Shown: positions 11,501 through 22,673 of the stretch, one piece after another
Layout of the letters: each line of letters starts with the position of its first letter
How positions within the stretch are numbered: the first letter of the stretch is position 1
Origin: Octopus bimaculoides
Lineage: Eukaryota
Length of the DNA: 37,810 nt
Reading direction: 5' to 3'
NCBI RefSeq assembly: GCF_001194135.2
Contig: NC_068997.1
Location: 19,037,443 to 19,075,252 of the forward strand
Program-made: the position numbers and the translations under genes
The notes under the pieces: generated by a model
Database searches by the model: none
Told to the model about the DNA's origin: nothing
The model's input: the letters and a program-made list of their open reading frames with translations, nothing else

Positions 11501-12124
11501 AATTGCTGAAGAAAGACTTTTACTTTTCATGTATGGCTATCAAAACGATGTTTTTTTTGTATATGAATTCAGCAACTGGACATGTTAGCCTCCAATTTGG
11601 CTTATAAATCATCTATGCTCACTGATAAATAGCAACACAAAATCAGGTTTTATAATTATTTATCTTTCTTTTTGTTACTGATTGTTGATTAGAGTGTTAC
11701 TTGTCATATTGACAGGTAATTATGGAAGTATGCTTTTTCCACAATGGGTATGCCAGGAAAAATTTAGAAATGGAATATTAATTTTTAAAAGAATGATATT
11801 TATTACCTTAATTAAATTTACAACAGTTCTCATATTTGCAATAAATATATGCTTTTATCAATATAGTTGCAATCTAGTCCATTGAAAACCTACCTCTGCA
11901 AAATTTCATTTTAAAAAACATGTATTTTTCTGAGTTAAACATTAAAGTTGCAGGACACTTGTCCTGCATCTTTTATTGTTAACTTGCTGTTTTATCTTAT
12001 ATTATCTTTCTCCACCTCTTATGTTATATAAAGTGTAACTGGAGAAATCAACCAACCAACTGGCCAACATCTATATCGGTTATTATTATCTAGAGATGAC
12101 AAAATATCTTTATTTTTATTGTAG

Positions 12125-12417
12125 GTACTCACATTGTGTCAGGTGTTTGGGCTGAATACCTTCAAATTAGCCAAATCCAACAAGGCATATATACTCACGA
12201 CTATATAAATCAAATTGAAAGAGATTCAGAAAATCAAACCAGTGATATTGACAGGATGTGGCTTAGAGTCAAGGGAAAATTGCGCCGGAAACATGTAACT
12301 AGTGACAAAGCTGTATTTCAATCTCTCTTAGCTGAATTTATTTGGCGGTCTCATTTTAAGAATGATAATAAATTTGCTGCTTTAATTTACTGTATCACAC
12401 ATTTATATAAAGTATAA
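12125..12417 (+). CDS. Exon 2 (terminal) of the Merlin-transposase-derived gene
   Basis: Acceptor tctttatttttattgtag|GT at 12124/12125 restores phase 1 to give LPG-THIVSGVWAEY...YTHDYINQ...IDRMWLRVKGKLRRKH...LLAEFIWRSH...FAALIYCITHLYKV*, the expected Merlin C-terminal half. AATAAA at 12416-12421 overlaps the stop. Confidence 0.85.
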
Positions 12418-12664
12418 TAAAACATATTTTGTACATTTGTTTGTTCTGTTATTGTTAAATTCATCATTGTTTAATGTTCACTTTTCCATGTTTGCATGGG
12501 TCAATTGAAATTTGTTGAGACAGATTTTCTATGGCTGGATGCCCTTCTTGTTGGCAAATGTCACTGGTTTCCAAGTAAGGTAATACTTCCCATGACCAGA
12601 TATGGTTTTGATAGAAGACTGGCTTATTTACAACTGTCATGTGATGTCAAGACAAGACTATACA

Positions 12665-12705
<41 letters not shown>

Positions 12706-13142
12706 NNNNNNNNNNNNNNNNNNNNNNNNNNNNNNNNNNNNNNNNNNNNNNNNNNNNNNNNNNNNNNNNNNNNNNNNNNNNNNNNNNNNNNNNNNNNNNN
12801 NNNNNNNNNNNNNNNNNNNNNNNNNNNNNNNNNNNNNNNNNNNNNNNNNNNNNNNNNNNNNNNNNNNNNNNNNNNNNNNNNNNNNNNNNNNNNNNNNNNN
12901 NNNNNNNNNNNNNNNNNNNNNNNNNNNNNNNNNNNNNNNNNNNNNNNNNNNNNNNNNNNNNNNNNNNNNNNNNNNNNNNNNNNNNNNNNNNNNNNNNNNN
13001 NNNNNNNNNNNNNNNNNNNNNNNNNNNNNNNNNNNNNNNNNNNNNNNNNNNNNNNNNNNNNNNNNNNNNNNNNNNNNNNNNNNNNNNNNNNNNNNNNNNN
13101 NNNNNNNNNNNNNNNNNNNNNNNNNNNNNNNNNNNNNNNNNN

Positions 13143-15060
13143 GGTAGAAAATGCGAAAATAATTTTATCATGAAGAACATTTTAGTACCGGTTTCAGTCT
13201 TTGCGACTTTTTCAACTTAGAGTAAAGCATGAAAAACAATTAAATTGTGGAAAAATTAAATGAAATAATTTAAAAAAAATATTTCCATAGTTTTCAAATG
13301 CAAGGGACATTTTCCTTTTTTCTGTCTGTCTGTCTCTCTTTTTTACTCATTTGAGTTCTAGGTAGCGGGCAGCAGGTAGTAGTAGTCCTAATATTTGATA
13401 TGAATTCTTGTTTTTGATTGTTTAAGCAGCAGTAGTAGTTGAGAAAGGAAGTGGTGAAGAAGAAGAGAAAGAATAATAAAAATGCAGGAGTGGTATGACA
13501 GTAGTAGGATGTTGGTGGAATCCTCTTAAATGGTCAAGTGACCCATTGTGGTTGGAATTGTTCTGAATAAATTCATGACTTGTGACTGTTCTGAATATAT
13601 TATTTTTAATATTTGTGTGGGTATTATTCTAAGGCCCTTGTAATAGTGTCATTTATGATGGACGCATTCAAAAGCAGTTTATATTTTGTGATAAAGTATG
13701 ACTCTACTAATGTGCTACCTACAGGTTACATCGTCCCTGAATTGATAGAAGGGAAAAATTCTGAAGCTGAGTTGTTTGTTATTGGTGCAAATGTCGATGT
13801 GTTCGCTGAATGCTATTTTTCTGTATTTCCAAAATTTTGATCTGGGATCTATGCAGAGTGATCCTTTGATGTAGGCTGTTTTTGGTTTGGCCTATGTATT
13901 GCTCTCGACACCCAGAACAAATTAATACATATATCAGGTTCTCTGAAGCACGTGAAGTTGCTTTTCACTGTTTAAAAGAGAACTCTGATCCCTCAATTAG
14001 GTTGACGCATATACCACAGTTGGGTCTTCTGCATTTTTTTACATTGTTGTCGAGCGCATTCAGACTTGTATGAAGAGACTTATAGATTTGGGCTGTATTT
14101 TGCTCTTTATAATGGTGTGCATTTGGAGGATTAAATTCATTCTATGGTCCATTTTTAGTAGGGGAATGTTCTGGAGGAGGATGGTGTTGAAGGCTTCATT
14201 GTTAAGAGGGTTGTGTGTAGAGATGTATGGTAGGGCTTTTGGTTGTAAATCCTTCTTTAATTTGGGATGCCTGAGTTCATGGATGTTGAGTTGTAGGGTA
14301 TGTTGACAGCATATATCAATTAGTGATGGTGGGTAGTTCCTGGTAATGATTGTATCCTTTAGTTCATGTAGTCGTGTGTCCCTGGTGCTTATATTAGAAA
14401 CTCTAGTACAAATCCTTTTTGCTAGGTTGAAAGAGATATTCATTCTAGTGTGTCTGAGGTGGCATGAGTTGAACAGTAGATATTGCTTGGAGTCTGTGGG
14501 CTTATAGTATATATCTGTTTCTATTTATTTGTTAGATTTCTTAATGAGGATGTTGAGGAATGGAAGTTGTTGACGGCTATATTCCATCGTGAATTGAATG
14601 TTTACATCAAGTCCATTTATAAGTGCTTGAAACTCTCTAAGTCTCTCTGTACTTTCATGCCAACAAATGAAACAGTCATCCAGATACCTCTTCCAGTTAT
14701 TTTCTATGTAGAGGGAGAATGGATTGCTGTTTTTTTCTAGTACCTTACAATAAAGACTGATTCCTAGATATTCCATGACTAGGTTAGCAAAGGAGGGAGC
14801 CATTCTCATACCCATCACTGTCCCTGATTTTTGTCAATAGAAGTTGTCTTTGAAGACAAAGTAGTTATTCTCCAAGATGAATATTAGCCCTTCTGTTACA
14901 AATTCTTTTTTGATGCGATGTGGGAATACATTGGTGTAATTCTCTAGACAGAATTGAATTGCCTCTATTCCTAGGCTGTGGGGGATATTAGAATAGAGGT
15001 TGACTACATCAAAGGATACTAGTAGGGTGTTTTTGCACATTTTTTATAGTTTACTTTTTC
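13143..15060 (-). mobile_element. Penelope-like retroelement (RT + GIY-YIG endonuclease), decayed
   Basis: Minus-strand fragments LVSFDVVNLYSNIP, GMRMAPSFANL, WKRYLDDCFICW, QFTMEYS..LPFL, FNLAKRICT and LIYVLICSGCREQYIGQT; A/purine-rich 3' region ending in a hammerhead-like pLTR motif near 13183-13220. Confidence 0.9.
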
Positions 15061-16057
15061 TTAAAGAAACATTCAATGCCCCTTCCTCCTCCTCGCCCGC
15101 CCATCGCTTACCAGCTTTCAAAAAGTTAAAATCTCCCAATCTTTCACTTTTGGCTGATGTTTCCCACATGCATAGAATTCTACAGAAATAGTAGGCTTAA
15201 AAATACTAGACCACCACCAGAAAACCTGACATGCTAGAAACAACAGGTAAAAGACATTATTTCTGAAGAAACATCCCTGCATTCCAAACAGCTAAAATTG
15301 AAACATTGGGAGTGTGTAGCTTTTTGAAAGTGGTGAGGTGATGGGTAAAATTCTTAAGAATTTATACTCTCTGTTTTTTCTCCATGTATTACCAAGAATA
15401 AAAATTTGAAAAAAGTAAAAAATGAATTTGGTGTGGAGAGGGAGAAAATTCAAATATTGAAAACATTTTGTGGGTGAAATCCTAATCTCCTGTATCTCAA
15501 AAATAATATAAATCTGTATGAAGGATTTAAGTCAGGTCGCTATGTGTTAGTAGTGATACTGGTAAACAATGTAGACTGGTATTACCTGCAGCATTCTGAA
15601 GAATAAAAAAATAATGTTGTGTGAAAGAAGAGGAAAAAAAATCTCAAAATGGGGAGGTGTTGTGACAGACACTCCCAAGTAAGAAGTGGGTTGTTCCACT
15701 ACTGATAAATACTGATAAATAGTGGACAGACACAGCAAGCAGGGTCAGTTGGCAAGGTACGACATATGGGCCAGTCATGCAGATGACAAAATACATTGTT
15801 ATAATGCGGGACATATCAAACATTGAACCAATTACATTTAGAACCAGTAACATTGGTGACTTACCACTAAATTGGTGACTACCAATTCATTAAAGTAGGA
15901 TTTGAACTCAGGACATGAGAAAATTAGACTGAAGCACCAAATCTGATTGAAATAAGGGAGAGGACTGACCTGCCATCAGGTATATGTTTATCTGTACTAG
16001 TGCATGACCTGTTATTTTATGTAGAGATTAAGCAATATTTTGCTTCATTGAAATATA

Positions 16058-17362
16058 CAGGGGTTGGACAAAATAATGGAAGCACTTTAAAATTTCAAAC
16101 AAATTTATTTTAATATGGAGTAGGACTGCCTTTGGCAGTAACTACAGCTTGAATTCTATGAGGTATGGACTCGTACAAAGTTTGAATTGTTTCCAAAGGA
16201 ATTTTTGTCCATTCTTCAGCTAAAACAGTCTCCAGTTCTTGTAGTGATGATGTTGGAGGATATCGACTCCTTACTTGTTTTTCTAAAATGCACCATAAAT
16301 GTTCAATAATATTGAGATCTGGGNNNNNNNNNNNNNNNNNNNNNNNNNNNNNNNNNNNNNNNNNNNNNNNNNNNNNNNNNNNNNNNNNNNNNNNNNNNNN
16401 NNNNNNNNNNNNNNNNNNNNNNNNNNNNNNNNNNNNNNNNNNNNNNNNNNNNNNNNNNNNNNNNNNNNNNNNNNNTGAATAGTTCTGCAACCATAGGATG
16501 AATTTGATCAGATAAAATGCTTAAATAGTCTTGATTATTAATTCTGCCATGAAGGGAAACCATTGGGCTGGTGGATTTCCAAGATATAGCCTCCCAGATC
16601 ATCACAGATCTTCCTCCATGTTTAACAGTTGGAAGAAGGCAGTTTGGGTCAAATGCTGCTTTTGGCTGTCTCCACATGTATACTCAGCCGGTAGTCGGAA
16701 CTAGGGTAAAGGATGACTTGTATGAGAAAATAACACTCTTTCACTGCTCTAGGGACCAATTCTGTAGGTTTTTACTCCACTCTAAACGCTTTGCAATGTT
16801 TGTTTTTGAAAGTAGTAGTTTTCTGATTGCAGCCCTCTCGTGAAATCTGGCTTTGTGCAGCCCCTGGCAAACAGTTTTTTGGAAACTGGATTCTCGAGGT
16901 GGTCATTAAGCTCTGCAGTAATTTTGGGAGCTGTACTTTTGTGATCTTTTCTAACAATTCGCGTAAGAGTCTGATGGTCCCTATCTGAAAGTTTTGGTTT
17001 TCTTCCAGAGTTTTGTTTCGATGAGGAGGTTTTTCCTTCTTTCTCAAAGGCTGTCATTACTTTCAAGACAGTACTTCTTGATACACCAAACATTTTGGCT
17101 GTTTCTTTACGCTAGTGCCTGCAATACGAGCACCAACAAATTTGACCTCTTTGAAAGTCCGATAGATCTGTCATTTTAATGAATTTTAATTACCTTTTTC
17201 TGATGATATCTGAAAAGAAACATCAATTTTAGCAAAACATATTAAGCAACACTAATAATAAATCAAAAAATATAAAAATAAACAAGCTTTTGATGGTTTT
17301 ATAGATATTCAAAATTACGATGCTATGATGCTAGGCGTTTTCATTATTTTGTCCAACCCCTG
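16058..17362 (-). mobile_element. Tc1-family (DD34E) transposon, near full length, frameshifted
   Basis: 21-bp TIRs CAGGGGTTGGACAAAATAATG; left flank TA, right flank TC; fragments FGVSRSTV...SGRKPKLSDRD, PTVKHGGRSVMIW, PDLNIIEHLW...IQAVVTAKGSPTPY. Confidence 0.92.
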
Positions 17363-17399
17363 TCTGTATATATAATGGTTAAGATTGATTAGGTACACA

Positions 17400-18080
17400 A
17401 TAATATGAAATGTCGAAGTCAGCAATTCTAACGATAAAATTTGTTGTTATAACAGCATGTTGTAGGATGTGAAAGATGAACAATGCATGAAATTTTAGGA
17501 AAGTATTTATTTACCGTTACATTGAAAATACCTTGCCTCGTCGGGCAGATTATAAAATCCAAGAGCATTCAAAAGAAAGTTAAATGTGGTAGAATGTTTC
17601 TTTGCATAGTTTGGCGTATACAAATTGTTAGTAGTAATCCACAGATAGCAATAGAATGATGTTGTAAGAGAAGAGAATTAGAGCTAGTGGAAGTTGTAGG
17701 GTCGTGGGATGTTGTCTCACAGTTGCTGACAGTAAATTTCATTTCTCTGTCTGACTATTGTCTTTAGTATCTGCCTTGCTTATGATCATGCTTCTAGCAG
17801 TCCACTCCCTAACTGATTGAGTTGTCACGAGCCAGCTCATTCAGTTGTCACCAAGTGACTACTCGTTTTTGCTTGGGGCTCTTGCTTTTATAACTATCCA
17901 GAAGGATAGACATATTGTTGAGAACAATGGGCTTCGTTGGTGGTACTGTGATATCTCTATTCTAGCTTTTGGTGAAGTAGAAGAGGTTATAAGGGCCAAG
18001 AGGTGAAGACATTATTTCAGGCAAATGTAAAACTGCTGTCAGAGAAAAACCATTGTTTCACTGTAAGAAAAGTTCTGTTG
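17400..18080 (-). mobile_element. Probable upstream portion of a Penelope-like element
   Basis: Minus-strand NALGFYNLPDEARYFQC-like remnant and a T/G-rich composition like that at 13300-13600. Assignment is from recall of PLE N-terminal regions. Confidence 0.35.
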
Positions 18081-19289
18081 AACTGTTAAGTTAAATTTGG
18101 CTATGGTGGATCGAATTCACTTCATGCCTGCAAGATCCAACATATATATTNNNNNNNNNNNNNNNNNNNNNNNNNNNNNNNNNNNNNNNNNNNNNNNNNN
18201 NNNNNNNNNNNNNNNNNNNNNNNNNNNNNNNNNNNNNNNNNNNNNNNNNNNNNNNNNNNNNNNNNNNNNNNNNNNNNNNNNNNNNNNNNNNNNNNNNNNN
18301 NNCAGGAAATTTTGACAATCAATGTCTGTGTAGGCAACATTTAATTAGTGAATTTAACATTTTTGTAATTAGTTCACCTGTGCCCCACCTCCAATCCAGC
18401 AAATTGATTTTGATGGGCAGAAATCTGTATGTGCAAAGGATCCCCAAATCTATTTAGAACAACATATTAATGGCCTGTGTGTGAACACTGTAGTAAGGAG
18501 TATAAATACCACATTTTGCTAAACTCTGTCCTTGAAATTTTTCCATGTCAACACGATGCATCATTAACAGAGTTTCACTCTCTCAAAAAGTAGATTCATT
18601 TATTTGTCTTCAGAACTTTTATGATTTCAACTTCTCCAACAAGTTGTTTTTCAGCATATTACCCCATGTCATTTATTTTGTTGCTGTCTCAATGGCTTAT
18701 TTTGGACGTCTTTGTTGCCTTTTTGAAGAACTGTTTTGAGAAAAACAGATATTGCAGGTATATCAGATCCTTCTTCATTTGTATGAATGATTTTTCTCAT
18801 TTTTTGCTATCACCAGTGAAATTTCATAGCTTGCTTCAAAGATATGATTCAGGGCTGTAGTTTGTGCAGTCAATTTGGTGTTTTCCTGTCTTTAAATAGG
18901 TACCATTCTGAAGCTATGGCTCTTTACTGGAAACAGTCACTATCTTAATATCCTAAAGAACATTCTCCAATATACTGCAGTAAAGAACCATAGTTTCTGT
19001 ATTGTACCTATTAAGAGATATGTGAACATCAAATTGATCACACTATTACAGTGATGTTCAAATTCCTTTAATAGGAATTAGCAGGAATTTCAATTCCTAA
19101 TATTAACTTGCCTATGAAAACTAGGATAGACTATTTTGTATACTACAGTATTTTCCAGTATTTAGATGGTATGACGAAAAAGTGGAATGGGTGAACTTCA
19201 TCATCAAAGTGAAATAAGAAACATTTGAGAAACTTTATTTCATAAATTTAAATATTAAAATAAAACATATCTATAATTTTTTTTCCTCT

Positions 19290-19642
19290 CTACAAAAGAC
19301 TTGCTCCCCATCTCTCCCAAATCCATACTGAACTAGAGTGGATACCATTATTCTCCTGTTTAGCAGTGGGGGTTAATTCATATTCTACAACTTTTTTGAA
19401 GTTCATTTTACTGAGATATAGATGAGATTCTGAACGGCCTGGATCTCCAATTAAAACCAAAGTGTTATTTGGTAAATTCTTCATCCACCTAGCTACATTT
19501 GCTGAAAGACTGATGTCATAAAGCATGTCACCAAGAAGCACAACATTTGTATACAATGTCTTTTCATGAAACAAGTTTCTATTATCTGTGTTTACTGTAA
19601 CATTATTTAATGCAGAATTCATTCTGATTGCAGCAATTGCCA
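19290..19642 (-). CDS. ETFBKMT: Terminal exon of ETF-beta lysine methyltransferase (METTL20)
   Basis: Acceptor tttttgtattttcag|TG at 19643/19642 (phase 1); VAIAAIRMNSALN...VVLLGDMLYD...VLIGDPGR...KVVEYELTPTAKQENNG parallels human DLVVLGDMFYD/VLIGDPGR/KVVEYSL...QENSG. TAG at 19292-19290; minus-strand AATAAA at 19239-19234. Confidence 0.92.
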
Positions 19643-20779
19643 CTGAAAATACAAAAATTGGAATGGATTAGTAAATGAAACGAAACAAAGTACAATAATA
19701 TGAATATAAAAACTAATGTTGAAATTGTACAGCATAATTGGTATATATTAAGTATATGTGTCAGTAATATAATCCCTATAGCTGAGGAGCAGAGAAAGCT
19801 CTGGCTAGCTGAGTTTCTAAAGAGGAAAACAACCAATTGAGGAATCAACAGTCTGTGATTCATCAATAATAATGTATGGAGCTCATAGGAAGGACACCAC
19901 TCAATTGTCAATGTATCAGCCTATATGAACTGTAAACAGAAGTTTTATATGGTCTCTTGACCTGCAAGAAATAGCATCCTGTTAAAAGAAAAAATATACT
20001 GGAAGATATCATCCTACATACTGCTAAAACAACATGATCATAGCTGGAATACCTCTGATCTCACAACCAGAGATGAGAAATAGGAGCCAACAAGAGGGTC
20101 ACAGCATGACTGCTCAAACTGCAAAAAATAACAGCCAAATCTTCCTCAGATCATACCATTTTAAAATAAGAAAACATATTGAATAGTATGACTCTGAATA
20201 AAAGATAGGACAATCATGGTTAGAATGCCTCTGATCAATCAAATCATGGCTGAGATAGAAGTAAGAAAAAGCTGTAAACAGGCCCCATGAGGATGCACTG
20301 CTTGCCACTGCAAATAGCAGCATTATATATTGTTGAAGTGATTTATTAAGTTGCAATTTTTCATCTGAAATTCTGAAGAAGGCAAGCATAAACCATTTTA
20401 GTAAATCATTTCTTCACTCATTTTATAGAGATGAGAGATAAATCTGAATAAAAAAGTTTTATCAACTTTTGATATACTAGCACAGAAAGAAAGCATTCAT
20501 GAAAGGAGAAAGTAAAACATTGGAAGTAACAAGAGTATTATTATGCAAAGATGAAATTATAAATCATTTTTGAACAGAGTACCATGATAAAAACTCAAGG
20601 CATGCACGCATGCATGCAATCCACTCACAATGCTTTGGGTTAGCCCAGAACTATAGCAGAAGGCATTTGACTAAGCTGCTGCACAATGGGACTGAATCTG
20701 AAATTACATGGTTCATAAATGAACTTCTTAACTGCACAGCCATGCTCAAGCCAATGTATTGAAATATAATTCTGCTTTA

Positions 20780-20990
20780 GGGGGACTATAGCATTGTGGA
20801 TAGCAGAAGAGAAACTGAGTTCAAAATTAGTTGTGGAGGGAACCTGTGGAAGAGGTAGACTCAGGAAGACATGGGTCAAGGTGGTGAAGCCTGATCTTCG
20901 AATGTTGGACCTAACAGAGGTAATGACAAGTGAGCAAAACCTTTGGCAATATGCTGTGCTTGAGAAGACTCGTCAAGCTAAGTAAAATCA
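20780..20990 (+). mobile_element. RTE-clade LINE 3' fragment
   Basis: VEGTCGRGRLRKTWVKVVKPDL...W.YAVLEKTRQAK is the typical RTE ORF C-terminus; similar to 25750-25925. Confidence 0.75.
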
Positions 20991-20999
20991 TAGTAGTGG

Positions 21000-21590
21000 T
21001 TGTTACCAGTGTCATATGAAATCATAGTTGTGGCTGTTGCCAGTGCCATGTATATGGCACCTGTGCCGGTGGCACATAAAAAGCACGCACTACACTCTTG
21101 GAGTGGTTGGCATTAGGAAGGGTATCCAACTGTAGAAACCATGTTAAAGCAGATTGGAACTTGGTGTACCCCTCCAGCTTACCAGTTCCAGTCAAACCGT
21201 CTAACCCATAGCAGCATGGAAAGAAGAAATTAAATGATGATGATGATATATATATGGCACTTGTGCCCGTGACATGTGTAAGGATTTTCGTGCGAGATCG
21301 TTGCCAGTGCCCCTGGACTGGCTCTTGTGCAGGTGGCACATAAAATACACCATTTTGAGTGTGGCCGTTGCCAGTACCGCCTGACTGGCCTTCGTGCGGG
21401 TGACACGTAAAAGCACCCACTACACTCTCTGAGTGGTTGGCGTTAGGAAGGGCATCCAGCTGTAGAAACTCTGCCAAATCAGATTGGAGTCGGGTGTAGC
21501 CATCTGGTTTCACCAGTCCTCAGTCAAATCATCCAACCCATGCTAGCATGGAAAGCGGACGCTAAACGATGATGATGATGATGATGATGT
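21000..21590 (+). mobile_element. Two tandem partial copies of an RTE-associated non-autonomous repeat ending in (GAT)n
   Basis: Repeated aaaagcac..actacactct..gagtggttggc.ttaggaagggcatccagctgtagaaac...aacccatg..agcatggaaag + gatgatgat tail. Confidence 0.75.
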
Positions 21591-21739
21591 ATATGTATAT
21601 ATATATTGATAAAAGTAAGTGCCTGATTCAAAGAATACTATAATGTTAAGTATGGAACTAAATAGTTCAGAAACATCATGCTACTCATTTAAAGCCATTA
21701 ACAATATTGACATGTAAGCTTTAGTTAAAGGAATATTAC

Positions 21740-21870
21740 CTGGATCTATGTCATTTGCAACAACATGAGATGCTCCAAGCAGTTTGCTTACAATCGCTAA
21801 TGCTCCACATCCACTGCCCAAATCAAGCACAGATTGATGTTTGATGATTCCACTGTTATCCAGCAAAAAT
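21740..21870 (-). CDS. ETFBKMT: Internal exon of ETFBKMT with SAM-binding motif I
   Basis: Acceptor tattatttag|A at 21871/21870 (phase 2); (R)FLLDNSGIIKHQSVLDLGSGCGALAIVSKLLGASHVVANDIDP; donor CCAG|gtaata at 21740/21739 (phase 1) matches the 19642 acceptor. Confidence 0.93.
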
Positions 21871-22103
21871 CTAAATAATATGATAATACACAGTCAATAT
21901 TTAATGAAAGAGCTGACAAAAATTATGTCTGCATGCATGCATACATACATACATAGCCCTAACTACAGTGAGCATGATATGATTAGCAGTGAGGGAAGAT
22001 CTAGGGCTCACCAGGTTACAATGGTGCTAGATATAGATACAAATAATATTAATTAAAATTTTAAAATTTGTAGTGTTAGTGAAAATGTATGCTCATTGGG
22101 AAT

Positions 22104-22365
22104 ACAGTAATCCTTTGACTATTGTGGGTGTTACGTTCTAAAACCTCTCACAGAAATAATTAAAATCTAAAAAATATAAATACATAACAGCCACAGAAAC
22201 CTGCGATATACTGAGGAGTTCACGATATAAATTTACATATATTAGCCAGAAAAATTTGCAATGTACTGAGTGCGCAATAGGTGAACCACGATGTACTGAG
22301 TGCACGATAGGTGAACTACGACAAAGCAAGTTTTTATTTGAAATTTTTTTTTGTAACTACAGATT
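22104..22365. mobile_element. Possible Tigger/pogo-type MITE remnant with a 30-bp internal tandem duplication
   Basis: TA|CAGTAATCCTTTGACTATTGTGGG terminus; atgtactgagtgc..ataggtgaac.acg occurs twice at 22261-22320. Matching second TIR not convincing. Confidence 0.4.
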
Positions 22366-22638
22366 TACAAAAAACAAAATTTAAATAAAATCCTTTTTCA
22401 CTAAGTTCTAGTAGAGTGAAATTATAGGGCCCAGGGATGAAACAAATATATTAATAATGCATAATAGATATCATATAAGTAAATCAGTGAAGAAATTAGA
22501 TAAGTTAAATTAATTAAATATATCTTTTTACCCAGTGCTTAACTCCATAACCATGAGAAGAGAAGGCATAGTGGTGTTCATTTAATAATGATAGTGTTGC
22601 AGCCGTGTAGGTATTTGATTAATTATAATCTAGGTGGG

Positions 22639-22639
<1 letters not shown>

Positions 22640-22673
<34 letters not shown>

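Noticed and set aside
19603-20389. Hydrophobic minus-strand ORFs (102 aa and 91 aa) as a nested membrane-protein gene
   Set aside because: No recognisable motif, stops in all frames across the region, and T-rich intronic composition explains the hydrophobic translation.
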